Shown here: in pieces, positions 46,362 through 56,096 of the stretch | Layout: each line of letters starts with the position of its first letter | How positions within the stretch are numbered: position 1 is the stretch's first letter | From: a bacterium | GTDB taxonomy: Bacteria; Patescibacteriota; Saccharimonadia; UBA4664; JBBRNT01 | Direction: 5' to 3' | Length of the DNA: 64,000 nt | Assembly (NCBI GenBank): GCA_043767845.1 | Contig: JAYUFZ010000010.1 | Coordinates: 7,182-71,181 of the forward strand | Position numbers and translations under genes: made by a program | The notes under the pieces: model-generated | Databases searched by the model: none | What the model was told of the DNA's origin: nothing | The model's input: only the letters and a program-made list of their open reading frames with translations

Positions 46362-47432
46362 ATGCTTAAGCCTCACCCGAAGAAATTCCACCTTAGTAAA
46401 AGAGTAAAACAGATACTGTGCTACATATTTGCAGCCGTCGCAGTCGCCATGATTGCGGTTTTTATTATAGTTTGGAGCTATTGGAGAGCCGAATCTAGGC
46501 TACCATTTCGTGCTGGTGTAACATTCTCGGCCAAGTATGCTCGTGAGCTTAATCTTGAGCCCAGAGAAGTTATGACAGCCCTGGTAGATGATCTACGTAT
46601 CCGTCACTTTCGCCTGATGAGTTACTGGGATGTTAGTGAGGCCGAACAGGGTAAATACGACTTTAGCGAGCTTGACTGGCAGATGAAGCTAGCTGAAGAC
46701 TCAGGCTCGAAGGTGAGCCTTGCAATCGGATTGCGCCAGCCACGTTGGCCAGAATGTCACACTCCCGAGTGGGCCAAGAGCCTCTCACCTACTGAAAAGC
46801 GCCAGAAGCTGTTGTTATATATGCAACAAGTTGTTGAACGCTACAAGGCTAGTAAGGCACTAGAATCTTACCAGCTTGAGAATGAGGCGCTAAATACTGC
46901 TTTTGGTGAGTGCATGGATTTTGATAGGGCTCGTTTAGTAAATGAGTTCAATTCCGTAAAACTCTGGGATCCTGGCCACCCAATCATTATTAGTGTTAGT
47001 AACGAGTTTGGTCTACCGATAGGAATGCCTCGAGGTGATGAAGTTGGGTTCTCCATCTATCACCGTGTTTACGATGCCAATCTGACGCACCGCTACGTCG
47101 AGTATCCGATTCCAGCTTGGTACCATGGCTTGAGGGCAGCAATCATTAAGTTCGTTACTGGACGCAATACAATCATCCACGAACTCCAAGCCGAGCCGTG
47201 GGGTCCCAAGGCCACTGCCCAGTTAACGATTGCCGAGCAGTCCGAGTCTATGGATGTTCCACGCTTGAAAGCTAGGATTGGTTACGCCAAGGCTACGGGT
47301 ATACGTAATTTCGACCTCTGGGGAGCGGAGTGGTGGTATTGGCGTAAAACAAAGTTTAACGACAACTCACTCTGGGAAGCTACCAGGCCATTCTTTGACT
47401 CCCGTTTACAGACAAAAGATTGTTGTAAGTAA
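46362..47432 (+). CDS. Membrane-anchored putative glycoside hydrolase (clan GH-A-like TIM barrel), paralog A
   Basis: N-terminal TM; YQLENEALN (NE acid/base-like) and IHELQAEPWGP (nucleophile-like); about 45% identity with the downstream paralog. Confidence 0.45.
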   Translation: MLKPHPKKFHLSKRVKQILCYIFAAVAVAMIAVFIIVWSYWRAESRLPFRAGVTFSAKYARELNLEPREVMTALVDDLRIRHFRLMSYWDVSEAEQGKYDFSELDWQMKLAEDSGSKVSLAIGLRQPRWPECHTPEWAKSLSPTEKRQKLLLYMQQVVERYKASKALESYQLENEALNTAFGECMDFDRARLVNEFNSVKLWDPGHPIIISVSNEFGLPIGMPRGDEVGFSIYHRVYDANLTHRYVEYPIPAWYHGLRAAIIKFVTGRNTIIHELQAEPWGPKATAQLTIAEQSESMDVPRLKARIGYAKATGIRNFDLWGAEWWYWRKTKFNDNSLWEATRPFFDSRLQTKDCCK

Positions 47433-47446
47433 TACTATGTTTTTGA

Positions 47447-48400
47447 ATGATATTGTGTCTCAAAATGCCTGAGCATGAGATAAGGGGCCATAGTTTTAGT
47501 CTCGGGGCAAGCTTTGCTGCTAGCTACTGCCATGACCTTGGTCTAGATCCTGGGGTAACGCTGAAGGCTTTGATAAATGAATTAGGTATTCGACGCTTTC
47601 GCCTCGTGAGTCACTGGGATCAGATCGAAGCTCGGCAAGGGACGTATGATTTTAGAGAGTTGGATCGGCAGTTAGCTGAGATAAGCCGGGTGGCAGGCCA
47701 GGTAACGCTGTGCCTGGGTATCCGTCAGCCGCGCTACCCTGAGTTTCATCAACCGGGTTGGGCCAAGGCTATGGGGCCTGGAGACGAGCGTAACAAGGCC
47801 TTGAGTACATTTATTAAAGCAGTCGTAGAGCGCTATAAAGGTAATCCTGCCATCATCAGTTGGCAGCTAGAGAATGAAGCCTTGAACAGAAGCTTTGGGG
47901 AGGGTGATGATTTTGATCGGCACCGCTTGCGCGATGAGTACCGCTTGGTCAAGAAGCTTGATCCGAGTCGATCGATTATCATGACCACTAGTAACTCCTG
48001 GGGTATACCAATTCGAAGGCCCATACCTGATATAGTTGGCTTATCGCTGTATAGAATACAACATAAGAATAATGCATATAGGTTATCGCCGTTCTTTGCA
48101 GATAGCTATAGGTTTCGTGCTTGGCTTATTCAACTGATATGGCGTATACCAACCCTTATCCACGAGCTGCAGGCCGAGTGTTGGGGGCCAACAAGTACAC
48201 AGGAATTGTCGCTGGAGGAGCAATGCTATTCCATGAGTGCCAGCCAGCTGGTAGAGAATGTGCGTTTTGCGATCGCTACCGGGATTAACTATGCTGATCT
48301 ATGGGGAGCGGAGTATTGGTACTGGCGGATGAAGCAGCACGGTGATGATAGTCTGTGGCTCTCGGCCAAGCAGTTATTTAAGGATTACCCAGCAACCTAG
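47447..48400 (+). CDS. Putative glycoside hydrolase (clan GH-A-like), paralog B (no TM anchor)
   Basis: WQLENEALN, IHELQAECWGP; collinear with paralog A. Confidence 0.45.
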   Translation: MILCLKMPEHEIRGHSFSLGASFAASYCHDLGLDPGVTLKALINELGIRRFRLVSHWDQIEARQGTYDFRELDRQLAEISRVAGQVTLCLGIRQPRYPEFHQPGWAKAMGPGDERNKALSTFIKAVVERYKGNPAIISWQLENEALNRSFGEGDDFDRHRLRDEYRLVKKLDPSRSIIMTTSNSWGIPIRRPIPDIVGLSLYRIQHKNNAYRLSPFFADSYRFRAWLIQLIWRIPTLIHELQAECWGPTSTQELSLEEQCYSMSASQLVENVRFAIATGINYADLWGAEYWYWRMKQHGDDSLWLSAKQLFKDYPAT

Positions 48401-48405
48401 CCGGC

Positions 48406-48434
48406 TTGATCAAAATGCCCTCCGAGAGTAGAAT
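48406..48434 (+). promoter_or_regulatory. Sigma70-type promoter of ssrA (TTGATC-17-TAGAAT)
   Basis: ttgatc 48406-48411; tagaat 48429-48434. Confidence 0.55.
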
Positions 48435-48459
48435 AGGTCTACTCTTAAGAGTAAATCAT

Positions 48460-48848
48460 GGGGCTGACATAGCTTTGACGTGGGTACCTTTACAACCTAA
48501 CTGGCAAGTCGTAGGCATGCGTTAAATCCAACTTTTTCAAATGACAATTCATTTGTATCGCGCGTGAAGTCGCTGTTCGCAGTTCCTTCATTCGCACCAG
48601 CTCTAGCCTAATCGCTTAAGCCATCGGCCTCCTGACGTCAAATGGGGAATCGGCCGGTGTTATATCATTTGACTGCTGTACAACTGAGATAGGCGTTGTA
48701 TTTAAGACTACAATCTGCTCTGTCCGCACATTTCGTTTGCTTCGAGTGCGGGTAGCTAAGAGGGCTCGTCCCACATAAGTAAACTACGCTTGTAGAAGGT
48801 TAGGGAGTAAACTCGCGGACTCGGGTGCGATTCCCGACAGCTCCACCA
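48460..48848 (+). ncRNA. ssrA: tmRNA (transfer-messenger RNA)
   Basis: 5' GGGGCUGACAUAGCUUUGACGUGGG (acceptor/D-like, compare E. coli GGGGCUGAUUCUGGAUUCGACGGG); 3' CGGACUCGGGUGCGAUUCCCGACAGCUCCACCA (T-arm + acceptor + CCA); internal tag frame ...GCA GUU CCU UCA UUC GCA CCA GCU CUA GCC UAA (48579-48611). Confidence 0.9.
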
Positions 48849-48850
48849 CA

Positions 48851-48877
48851 AATGACCCACTTCGGTGGGTCATTTGT
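48851..48877 (+). terminator. Intrinsic terminator after ssrA
   Basis: atgacccac-ttcg-gtgggtcattt. Confidence 0.75.
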
Positions 48878-49123
48878 GTTATTAAGATGATTCATACCGG
48901 GCTTCTCCTGTGGATTTGCACGGCTTAAAGGATTGCCAGTCGCCAACCTGGTAAGGTTGCGCGCTTGTAGGGTACAGGTTAGAATTTGGGGTTGTGTATC
49001 TTTACGAGGTAATCGACGAACGACTGATATTACAATCTATAATAGCAAATCTCCACCATAATTACAAGTCTTGTCAAGCTTTTGATTGGGCGATATGCTT
49101 AGCTTCTACGTAAAGGAGCCTCT

Positions 49124-51163
49124 ATGTGGGATTATCCCAAATCAAGAGTTGACGCTGTGAGCGAACAAATTCACGGACGTACGATCGTTGACAATTATCG
49201 TTGGCTGGAAGATGCCGAGAGCCCAGAAGTTAACGGCTGGGTGCATCGCCAAAACACCCTGACCGAGGCAGTCTTAACTAGACGACCTGAGTTTAAGAGG
49301 GTCACCATTGAGTTGGAAGAAGATTTTGATAGCACAATATTCAGTAGTCCTGTGCGTGTCGCTGGCAAGTACTTCTGGCATGAGCGACGCCCTGGACAGG
49401 ACCAATTCGTGATATACGTTAGTGACAGCTTGGAGGGCGAAGAAAGGGTATTAGTCGACGCTAATGGTCTAGGGGGCGGTAATACAGTCGCGCTCGACGG
49501 CTGGACTGAGTCACCTCAGGGGACTTACCTGGCTTATGGACTGTTTAAGGACGGTGATGAGATCCCGACAATCAGTATCAAGAACGTTGCAACAGGTGAC
49601 GATTTGATCGAACAATTCGTTAATGCACCAGTTAGTTCACTCCGCTGGTTGCCCGACGAAAGTGGCTTTTACTATGTGCGTGCCCCCAAGCCGGGTAGCG
49701 TAGCGAAGAATGAGTTGCGCTACCATGCTAAGGTTTACCTCCATCTTCTTGGTGATGATCAAGAAGATGACGTGATGATTTTCGGTAAAGATCGACCCAA
49801 GGACGACATGCTCAGCTTATCGTTAACACCTTGCGGGCGTTATCTAGGGGTTCGTGTCGCTCAAGGCTGGAACCGCAGTGAACTTTTTCTCTTCGACCAA
49901 CAATCCCAGCAGACAGTTGCTTTGACTGCTGGCCAGGATGCCTTGTTCTCTATGACCTCAACCAAGGAGTGTTTTCTGGTTCGTACCAACCTAGGCGCAC
50001 CGAACTATCGGATATTGTCCGCGCCTATTGGAGATATTGGTAAGCAGATTGAAGATTGGAGCGAGCTTATTCCCGAGTCGGGGAGTATCCTGAGTATGTT
50101 TGCAGTCACCGCTGATAGGATACTAGTGAACTACATGGTTGATGTATCTGACCAAGTCAAAATGTTCGATCACCAGGGCAAATTTCTGGCCGATCTACCA
50201 ATGCCAGCTTTTAGTCGGTTAGGTGGGTTTAGCTCTAATCGGGATGAAGCAGAGTTCTTCTTCAGCTGTATTTCGTTCTTTATCCCGAAACAGACTCAGC
50301 GCTTTGATCCACAAACAGGTAATTTTAGCTTGTATCGTAGTAGCAAGGTGGTGATTGATCCGGCTGACTATATCGTAAAGCAGGAATGGGCTGAGTCCAG
50401 AGACGGTACCAAAGTACCGATGTTTATTTTACATCATAAAGAAGTTACTCGAGACGGACATAACCCAACAGTCATGTACGGCTATGGTTGTCATGGTATT
50501 TCGCAGCACCCCGGTTTTATGCGGACCTATTTGCCGTGGTTAAGGCATAAAGGTGTTTTCGTCCAAACCAATATCAGAGGTGGTGGTGAATATGGCGAGC
50601 AATGGCATCGCGACGGCAGCCTGGAAAAGAAGCAAAACACTTTTGATGACTTTATAGCCTGTGCTGAATATCTGATTGCCGCTAGATACACCAATACTCG
50701 CCAGCTGGGGATTGTGGGAGGGAGCAATGGCGGTCTGATGGTGGCTGCAGTCATGACGCAGCGCCCAGAGCTGTTTAAGGCGGTTGTTTGTCAGGCGCCG
50801 GTACTCGACCTATATCGATTCCAAAAGTTCTTGATTGCCAGCCGCTGGGTTAAAGAGTTTGGCAACCCAGACATTGCTGCACAGTTCAGCTGGCTCGAGA
50901 ACTGGAGCCCGTATCACCATGTCCGGCAGGGCGTTAGCTATCCAGCCATTCTCTTGACGACCGGCATGAACGATACCCGGGTGCATCCACTTCATGCCTG
51001 GAAAATGGCGGCGTTGCTGCAGGCTAGCACCAAAGATTCGCCGATTCTCCTGAGAACCGACCTGGCAGCTGGACATGGTCCGGGTAAGCCACTGAGCCAA
51101 CGCTTGTCTGGCCAGGCTCAAGTGCTTACTTTGTTTGCCTGGCAGTTAGGTTTAGAGATCTAG
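49124..51163 (+). CDS. Prolyl oligopeptidase (S9A family)
   Basis: DNYRWLEDAESPEVNGWVHRQN N-terminus, beta-propeller, catalytic GGSNGGLMVAAV (GxSxGG). Confidence 0.85.
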   Translation: MWDYPKSRVDAVSEQIHGRTIVDNYRWLEDAESPEVNGWVHRQNTLTEAVLTRRPEFKRVTIELEEDFDSTIFSSPVRVAGKYFWHERRPGQDQFVIYVSDSLEGEERVLVDANGLGGGNTVALDGWTESPQGTYLAYGLFKDGDEIPTISIKNVATGDDLIEQFVNAPVSSLRWLPDESGFYYVRAPKPGSVAKNELRYHAKVYLHLLGDDQEDDVMIFGKDRPKDDMLSLSLTPCGRYLGVRVAQGWNRSELFLFDQQSQQTVALTAGQDALFSMTSTKECFLVRTNLGAPNYRILSAPIGDIGKQIEDWSELIPESGSILSMFAVTADRILVNYMVDVSDQVKMFDHQGKFLADLPMPAFSRLGGFSSNRDEAEFFFSCISFFIPKQTQRFDPQTGNFSLYRSSKVVIDPADYIVKQEWAESRDGTKVPMFILHHKEVTRDGHNPTVMYGYGCHGISQHPGFMRTYLPWLRHKGVFVQTNIRGGGEYGEQWHRDGSLEKKQNTFDDFIACAEYLIAARYTNTRQLGIVGGSNGGLMVAAVMTQRPELFKAVVCQAPVLDLYRFQKFLIASRWVKEFGNPDIAAQFSWLENWSPYHHVRQGVSYPAILLTTGMNDTRVHPLHAWKMAALLQASTKDSPILLRTDLAAGHGPGKPLSQRLSGQAQVLTLFAWQLGLEI

Positions 51164-51167
51164 TACT

Positions 51168-51212
51168 AGCACCATCACCGCTGAAAAGCTGGTCGTGGTG
51201 CTATTTTTTTTG
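51168..51212. terminator. Hairpin + T-run between convergent genes
   Basis: agcaccatcacc-gctgaaaagc-tggtcgtggtgct atttttttt. Confidence 0.5.
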
Positions 51213-51923
51213 GCAAACAAAATAAACCCGCTCGTCGGCCTCTTCAGAAGCTGGTGACCCGTCCGTCATGGTGTATTCGAGCACTTTAAAGTGCTTTTCT
51301 AATGTAGATATTACAACGTTAAGTGGATAGGCTGTCTCAGCGATGGTTTCTTGGTGCAGCTTGTAGCTATCTTTGCTGATCTGTTCAAAGATCCGAATAT
51401 CGAAGTCGAAGATGTTTTGGCCGACATCGTGAATCTTCATGAGCAAGTAGTTATTCTTGAACTCTAGCGCATAGGCCGGATCCTGGCTTATCTTCGCTAG
51501 GCGGCCGAGCGTGTTGATATCGAAGATGAAGATGCCGCCGCTCGCCAGGTGTCGAGCAGCCGAGGCAAAGACCTTGTCCCAGCCATACTCAGTAGTAACA
51601 TGGTTGAGGGAATCATAGATGCAGTAGATTCCGTCGTATTTCCGAGACAGTTCAAAGGACGTCATGTCGCCATGGAATAGTCGGGCCTTGGGCAGCTTAG
51701 CTTGCGCAATAGTTAGCATGTCGTCGGAGAGGTCGAGGCCATCAACCATATAGGTCTTAGATAGGGGCCGCATCATGGCACCAGTACCACAGGCTAACTC
51801 CAACAACTTATCACCCAGCTTAAGGTACTTGGCTAATAGCCTTGTCATAACCGCTTCGGCCTCGGGCCTGTTACCCATAACGTCATCATAGAAGTGTGCG
51901 AATATGTAATAGGAATTACTCAT
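51201..51923 (-). CDS. Class I SAM-dependent methyltransferase
   Basis: LLELACGTGAMMRPL (motif I), DGIYCIYDSLNHV. Confidence 0.75.
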   Translation of the reverse strand: MSNSYYIFAHFYDDVMGNRPEAEAVMTRLLAKYLKLGDKLLELACGTGAMMRPLSKTYMVDGLDLSDDMLTIAQAKLPKARLFHGDMTSFELSRKYDGIYCIYDSLNHVTTEYGWDKVFASAARHLASGGIFIFDINTLGRLAKISQDPAYALEFKNNYLLMKIHDVGQNIFDFDIRIFEQISKDSYKLHQETIAETAYPLNVVISTLEKHFKVLEYTMTDGSPASEEADERVYFVCQKK

Positions 51924-52016
51924 AGCAGTAGTATAGCCTAGTATGAGCCAATCAGTGCTTTATAGATTAAGCAGACGTGCTATTCTTAGGCAGTAAGTAG
52001 CTTACTTCTAGGATGG

Positions 52017-52352
52017 ATGGGATGGAAGAATATGACGACAGCCAGCCATGATGAGTTTTCTATCTACACTGTCGGAATCAATTTCAATACGCTGCCAGAG
52101 GCTAGCTTGTGGCCTAGAGATCGGATAGTCGCCGAGAGGCTGAAAAATAACCCTACGGGGGCGCGGATTGGGGCCTATAGCGGGCGATGTGTGCGTTGCG
52201 CGAGCCGTGGCCTTTCCAAAACGGATACATCGCACACCTGCAATAACTGTGGAGTGAAGATCTATCACCAGACTGGTACGAATGTTGCAATAACCTTTAG
52301 GCCGATACAAAGATTGGCTGATACGAGATATGAAATAGAGCACTTATCATGA
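52017..52352 (+). CDS. Hypothetical Cys-rich protein (CVRCAS...CNNCG); a fully antisense ORF 52008-52343 also exists, so strand is uncertain
   Basis: ORF only. Confidence 0.25.
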   Translation: MGWKNMTTASHDEFSIYTVGINFNTLPEASLWPRDRIVAERLKNNPTGARIGAYSGRCVRCASRGLSKTDTSHTCNNCGVKIYHQTGTNVAITFRPIQRLADTRYEIEHLS

Positions 52353-52420
52353 TGATGAGTGTTTTTTCGTTGTAGTAATTACACAAATAATTAAAAAATA
52401 GCTCATCCAAGGATGGGCTA

Positions 52421-53503
52421 TTAGAGCATTCGCCGCTGCTCGGAAGGTGGTCGGGACCTTGGGCGCAGAACAAGCAGCTGGCCCTTGCGGGTATAGTAGG
52501 CGTTGGGTATGTCGACGTTGCAAAAATCCTCCACGGGGCAGAGGGCGCAGGTATTGGCATGGGTTCGGAGTTCAGCCTTGGTCCAGGCTGGGTTATAAGG
52601 CGTTAGATCGGTAAAACGCGCTTTGTAGCCGCGTGTTCCACGTGTTCCATCCTCCAGACCTACTAAGCTGATGTTACCGGGGTGACGACTACAAAGTTGG
52701 TTTGAGGGCAGCCAGATGACATTGGTAAGGATGATGGGGCTAATGTTATGCCTGGCAGCATAGTCTTCGTAGAGTCGTCGCAGCCGGGCTAGCAATTCCT
52801 GACTATAAACATCACGATTGTCTGGAATATCTCGAAAATTAACCATGCCGGTCGCTATCGAAACACGCAATACATGGAAATCGACAGGAACTGGAAAATT
52901 GAAACTTTTCACTAATCCGGCTTCCATGTAGTAATAGCTCAGCATGCTGGCCATTTTCTCCCTGAAGCCAAAGAAGCCTTGGCGGCGGGTGAATTCGGCC
53001 GAGCCTTTCTTGCGCTTGCTTTCATTACAGAGACGTAGACAGATAGCTTCGAAGCTATCTACCTGATCATAGATGTTACGTGGGTCTCCGTCGTACCATT
53101 CGTTGAGTCGCTTGGCATTCTCTATCCAAAAGGCAGGTATTATCCGCGAGAGGTATGCGAGCCCAGCGCGACGCAGCATGTGCTCGACGGAAACTTCGTC
53201 AAGTAGTGCAGCCTGGCGGCTGTCAAACAATTGTGGACAGCGAATATAAAGGATGCTGAGTCTTTGGGCCGCCACTACGCTCTGGATACCGCCACGCATG
53301 TAGTAGCATAGACAGAAGAGCCACATGGCATGCTGCCCAGGGTTATCAGTAAGCCCGTGCGGCAGGTGTTTGGCGTCCTGGGGTAATACCGCGCCGGGCA
53401 GATTGTAGGGGAACTCGCCATTCTGGTAGGTACTGAGTAGCCTGTCGAGCACCAGCACGACACGCTTTTTGTCTACGGTCGTAATCATAGGTCTCCATGT
53501 CAA
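52421..53503 (-). CDS. Hypothetical protein with a C-terminal Cys cluster (CALCPVEDFC)
   Basis: 360-aa ORF; no family recognised. Confidence 0.4.
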   Translation of the reverse strand: MTWRPMITTVDKKRVVLVLDRLLSTYQNGEFPYNLPGAVLPQDAKHLPHGLTDNPGQHAMWLFCLCYYMRGGIQSVVAAQRLSILYIRCPQLFDSRQAALLDEVSVEHMLRRAGLAYLSRIIPAFWIENAKRLNEWYDGDPRNIYDQVDSFEAICLRLCNESKRKKGSAEFTRRQGFFGFREKMASMLSYYYMEAGLVKSFNFPVPVDFHVLRVSIATGMVNFRDIPDNRDVYSQELLARLRRLYEDYAARHNISPIILTNVIWLPSNQLCSRHPGNISLVGLEDGTRGTRGYKARFTDLTPYNPAWTKAELRTHANTCALCPVEDFCNVDIPNAYYTRKGQLLVLRPRSRPPSEQRRML

Positions 53504-53687
53504 TATGCAAGCTTAGTAGAATGATACCTATGCTTTCGGACAAGTTCAATCTGTACAAATACCACTATCAGATATGTAGCTATCATGATTAGGTTTAAAA
53601 AGTGATTATAGTAGCAAATAATACAACGATAAGTACAAATATTAAGCATAATTTGTTTAAAATCAGATTACGTCATACACTAGGAGC

Positions 53688-54386
53688 ATGCGACGTTTAG
53701 CAATAATCTCGGTTTCAAGTAGCTTATTGGTTGTAGGCTTGAGCGCTGGTTTCTATGCCTATAAAACTCGTTCCTTTGGAGGTGGTAGCTCGAGCCAGAC
53801 ACCAGCTGGCAGTGTCGCCTTCAATTCAGACAGTAGTGAGCAGCTGTCGAAGCCTATATCACTTGATCCATCTACCAGCAACGCCGGCCCAAGTCCAACG
53901 CCAGATACTGGGGGTCTGAAAGTTACGACGAATAGCGGCAATACGAGTGCGGGTCAAGCCATGGTTGGTGGCGGCAATTCAAGCGATTCCAGCTCGCCGG
54001 CACCAGCCGTCTACCGAGAGCCGACGTTGAGCGAGCTCGCAAGCTACGCTCAGTATAAGGACGGGCAGCAAGCTCTCTTCGGTGAACTCATCGTCGGCAC
54101 AGGCAGCCAGGCAGTTATGAATAAGCGTGTGGCAGTCTACTACAAGGGCTGGCTTACCGACGGTACTGTTTTTGACCAGTCCAGGGTAGGTACGCCGTTT
54201 GTTTTTGCGCCTGGTGAGCATAAGGTTATTGCTGGCTGGGAGTCAGATATCCTGGGTATGAAAGTTGGTGGCAAGAGAAGGTTCATTATTCCAAGTGTCG
54301 TAGGTTATGGGAGTCAGGCAACGGGAAAGATACCAGCTAACTCCTTACTCATCTTTGATGTAGAGTTGCTCGAAGTTGAAAAATAA
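53688..54386 (+). CDS. FKBP-type peptidyl-prolyl cis-trans isomerase, membrane-anchored with a Ser/Gly/Thr-rich linker
   Basis: C-terminal VAVYYKGWLTDGTVFDQSRVGTPFVFAPGEHKVIAGWESDILGMKVGGKRRFIIPSVVGYG...LLIFDVELLEV. Confidence 0.85.
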   Translation: MRRLAIISVSSSLLVVGLSAGFYAYKTRSFGGGSSSQTPAGSVAFNSDSSEQLSKPISLDPSTSNAGPSPTPDTGGLKVTTNSGNTSAGQAMVGGGNSSDSSSPAPAVYREPTLSELASYAQYKDGQQALFGELIVGTGSQAVMNKRVAVYYKGWLTDGTVFDQSRVGTPFVFAPGEHKVIAGWESDILGMKVGGKRRFIIPSVVGYGSQATGKIPANSLLIFDVELLEVEK

Positions 54387-54576
54387 GTTTGCAAGCCAGG
54401 AGGATAGATCTGAGCTGCCATGCAAAAGTAAGCTTGGCTATGACAGTGAGTCGGCTGTGCGCGCAGCTGTCAGCTACGCTGTCTGGCAGTATGGAGGCAA
54501 GGGGAGTGATTATCAGGTCTACGTTTGCAGACACTGTAGCCGCTTCCATATAGCTCGCAACACTGAGTTGGAGTGA
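54376..54576 (+). CDS. Small hypothetical zinc-ribbon-like protein (C..CRHC)
   Basis: 66-aa ORF overlapping the FKBP stop by 11 nt. Confidence 0.3.
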   Translation: MKNKFASQEDRSELPCKSKLGYDSESAVRAAVSYAVWQYGGKGSDYQVYVCRHCSRFHIARNTELE

Positions 54577-54588
54577 TCTGCTGTAATC

Positions 54589-56049
54589 TTAGTCGAAAGC
54601 CTCGGCAGCAAATAGTTGGCTCAACTCTATTTTTGATAGTACTTTGATCTGGATACCTTTAACTCTCGTGCTGATAAAACGGCGAACAATTTTATACATG
54701 TCCAAATCAAAGACTTTATCGATTTTTTGGATAGTGGGTTGATCTGTGAGTTCATCCTCGAGCTTAGCCACAAGCTGCCAGTTGTCGAAGATGTAGCCGC
54801 TGGTACGCTCTAAGTCGCTACTTCTTTCAACAACCAGCACAGGGCCGGAAAATGGCCAATTGCTGAGCCTAGTTGCCGCAAAAGCTTGGCCCAAGCGAAG
54901 ATTATGAGGCTCGGCTGCTTCGCTTTGATCACAGGCGCCAAGGCAATTGGATAGCTGTCTGGCGAAACAACTGCCTCGGGATTTGTCTAGGCCAACTAGT
55001 TTAGGGCAGAGTTGGTAATCTTTGGCTAACTTCTGGATGGCCTCCTTATATTCCCGTCGATTCTTGAAGATCGCCAGTACTTCCTGGGGGTCTATATCTG
55101 TTAAATTACTATCGTCGACAATTTCACAACCCAAGTAATCATGAATATTAGTTGTAGATTTTACAACGATAAGATCCTTTTTACGTCGTAATTGGCGATT
55201 GTGAAGTGGTAAGCGAGACTTTATAAGCTCTGATTCCAAAAGAAGGGCACTCAGCTCGCCGGTAGTAGCAATACCTTCAATGTGGCGGACCTGAGACGAT
55301 AAGCGTAGCTCGCGCTAGTCGCGGTGATCATCGCTGAAGTGTGATAATACGCGGCTATAGACATTAACACTCTTACCTATGTAGAGCGGTTGACCGTCCT
55401 CGTCTTCGTATATGTAAACACCAGGCCCATGAGGCAAGTTCCCGACGGCCTCGGCCGGTAGGTTCGGTGGCAGGCTTTGGCTGGCCAGCTGTTGCTTAAG
55501 GGCAGACTCGACTGTATCGATATCGAATTCGCCTAATACCAGGCGGTAGAAGTCCCACAATACTTTGGCATCGTCATAAGCCCGATGCCTGGCGGTAGTT
55601 GTAAAGCCATGACGCTCGATAAGCTTACCCAAACTGTGGCCTTTGACGTCAGGGTATAACGCTCTAGAAAGGCGAACAGTACAAAGCAACTTGGGGTTAA
55701 TATCCTGTCCCAGCCGTTTGTATTCTTGCTTGATAAACGAGTAGTCGAAGCGAACATTGTGGGCCACAAAAAAAGCCCCCTCGAGGACCTCACGAAGCTG
55801 GTCGGCAATGTCTTCAAAGCTGGGCGCGCCAGTCAGCATCGCATTGTCGATACCGGTCAACTCAGTGATAAAGCTTGGAATATGTTCTCGTACAGAAAGC
55901 AGCGTTTTGAAGGTGGATACTACCTGGCCATCCTCGACGCGTAAGACGCCAACCTCAAGGACACGGCCAAAGTGATAATTGGCGCCTGTGGTTTCAATAT
56001 CCACGAAAGCCATTGGCTGGTTGTAGAGGCTGTTTGTTGACTGAGGCAT
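54589..56049 (-). pseudogene. Cho-like nuclease gene (DnaQ-type 3'-5' exonuclease + GIY-YIG/UvrC-N-like domain) interrupted by a single in-frame TAG at 55315-55317
   Basis: N-terminal FVDIETTG...FFVAHNVRFDYSFI (DEDDh exonuclease); GIY-YIG GVYIYEDEDGQPLYIGKSVNVYSRVLSHF -[TAG]- ...LLESELIKSRLPLHNRQ continues in the same frame; downstream UvrC-like Cys region CFARQLSNCLGAC. Confidence 0.7.
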
Positions 56050-56096
56050 AAGCTTATTATAACGCTAAGCCAGACCGAATACATCCCGAAAATTGA

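Noticed and set aside
52008-52343. Minus-strand 111-aa ORF fully antisense to 52017-52352
   Set aside because: Two perfectly overlapping antisense ORFs cannot both be real. Neither has motifs. The plus-strand one (CxxC pairs) was kept at low confidence.
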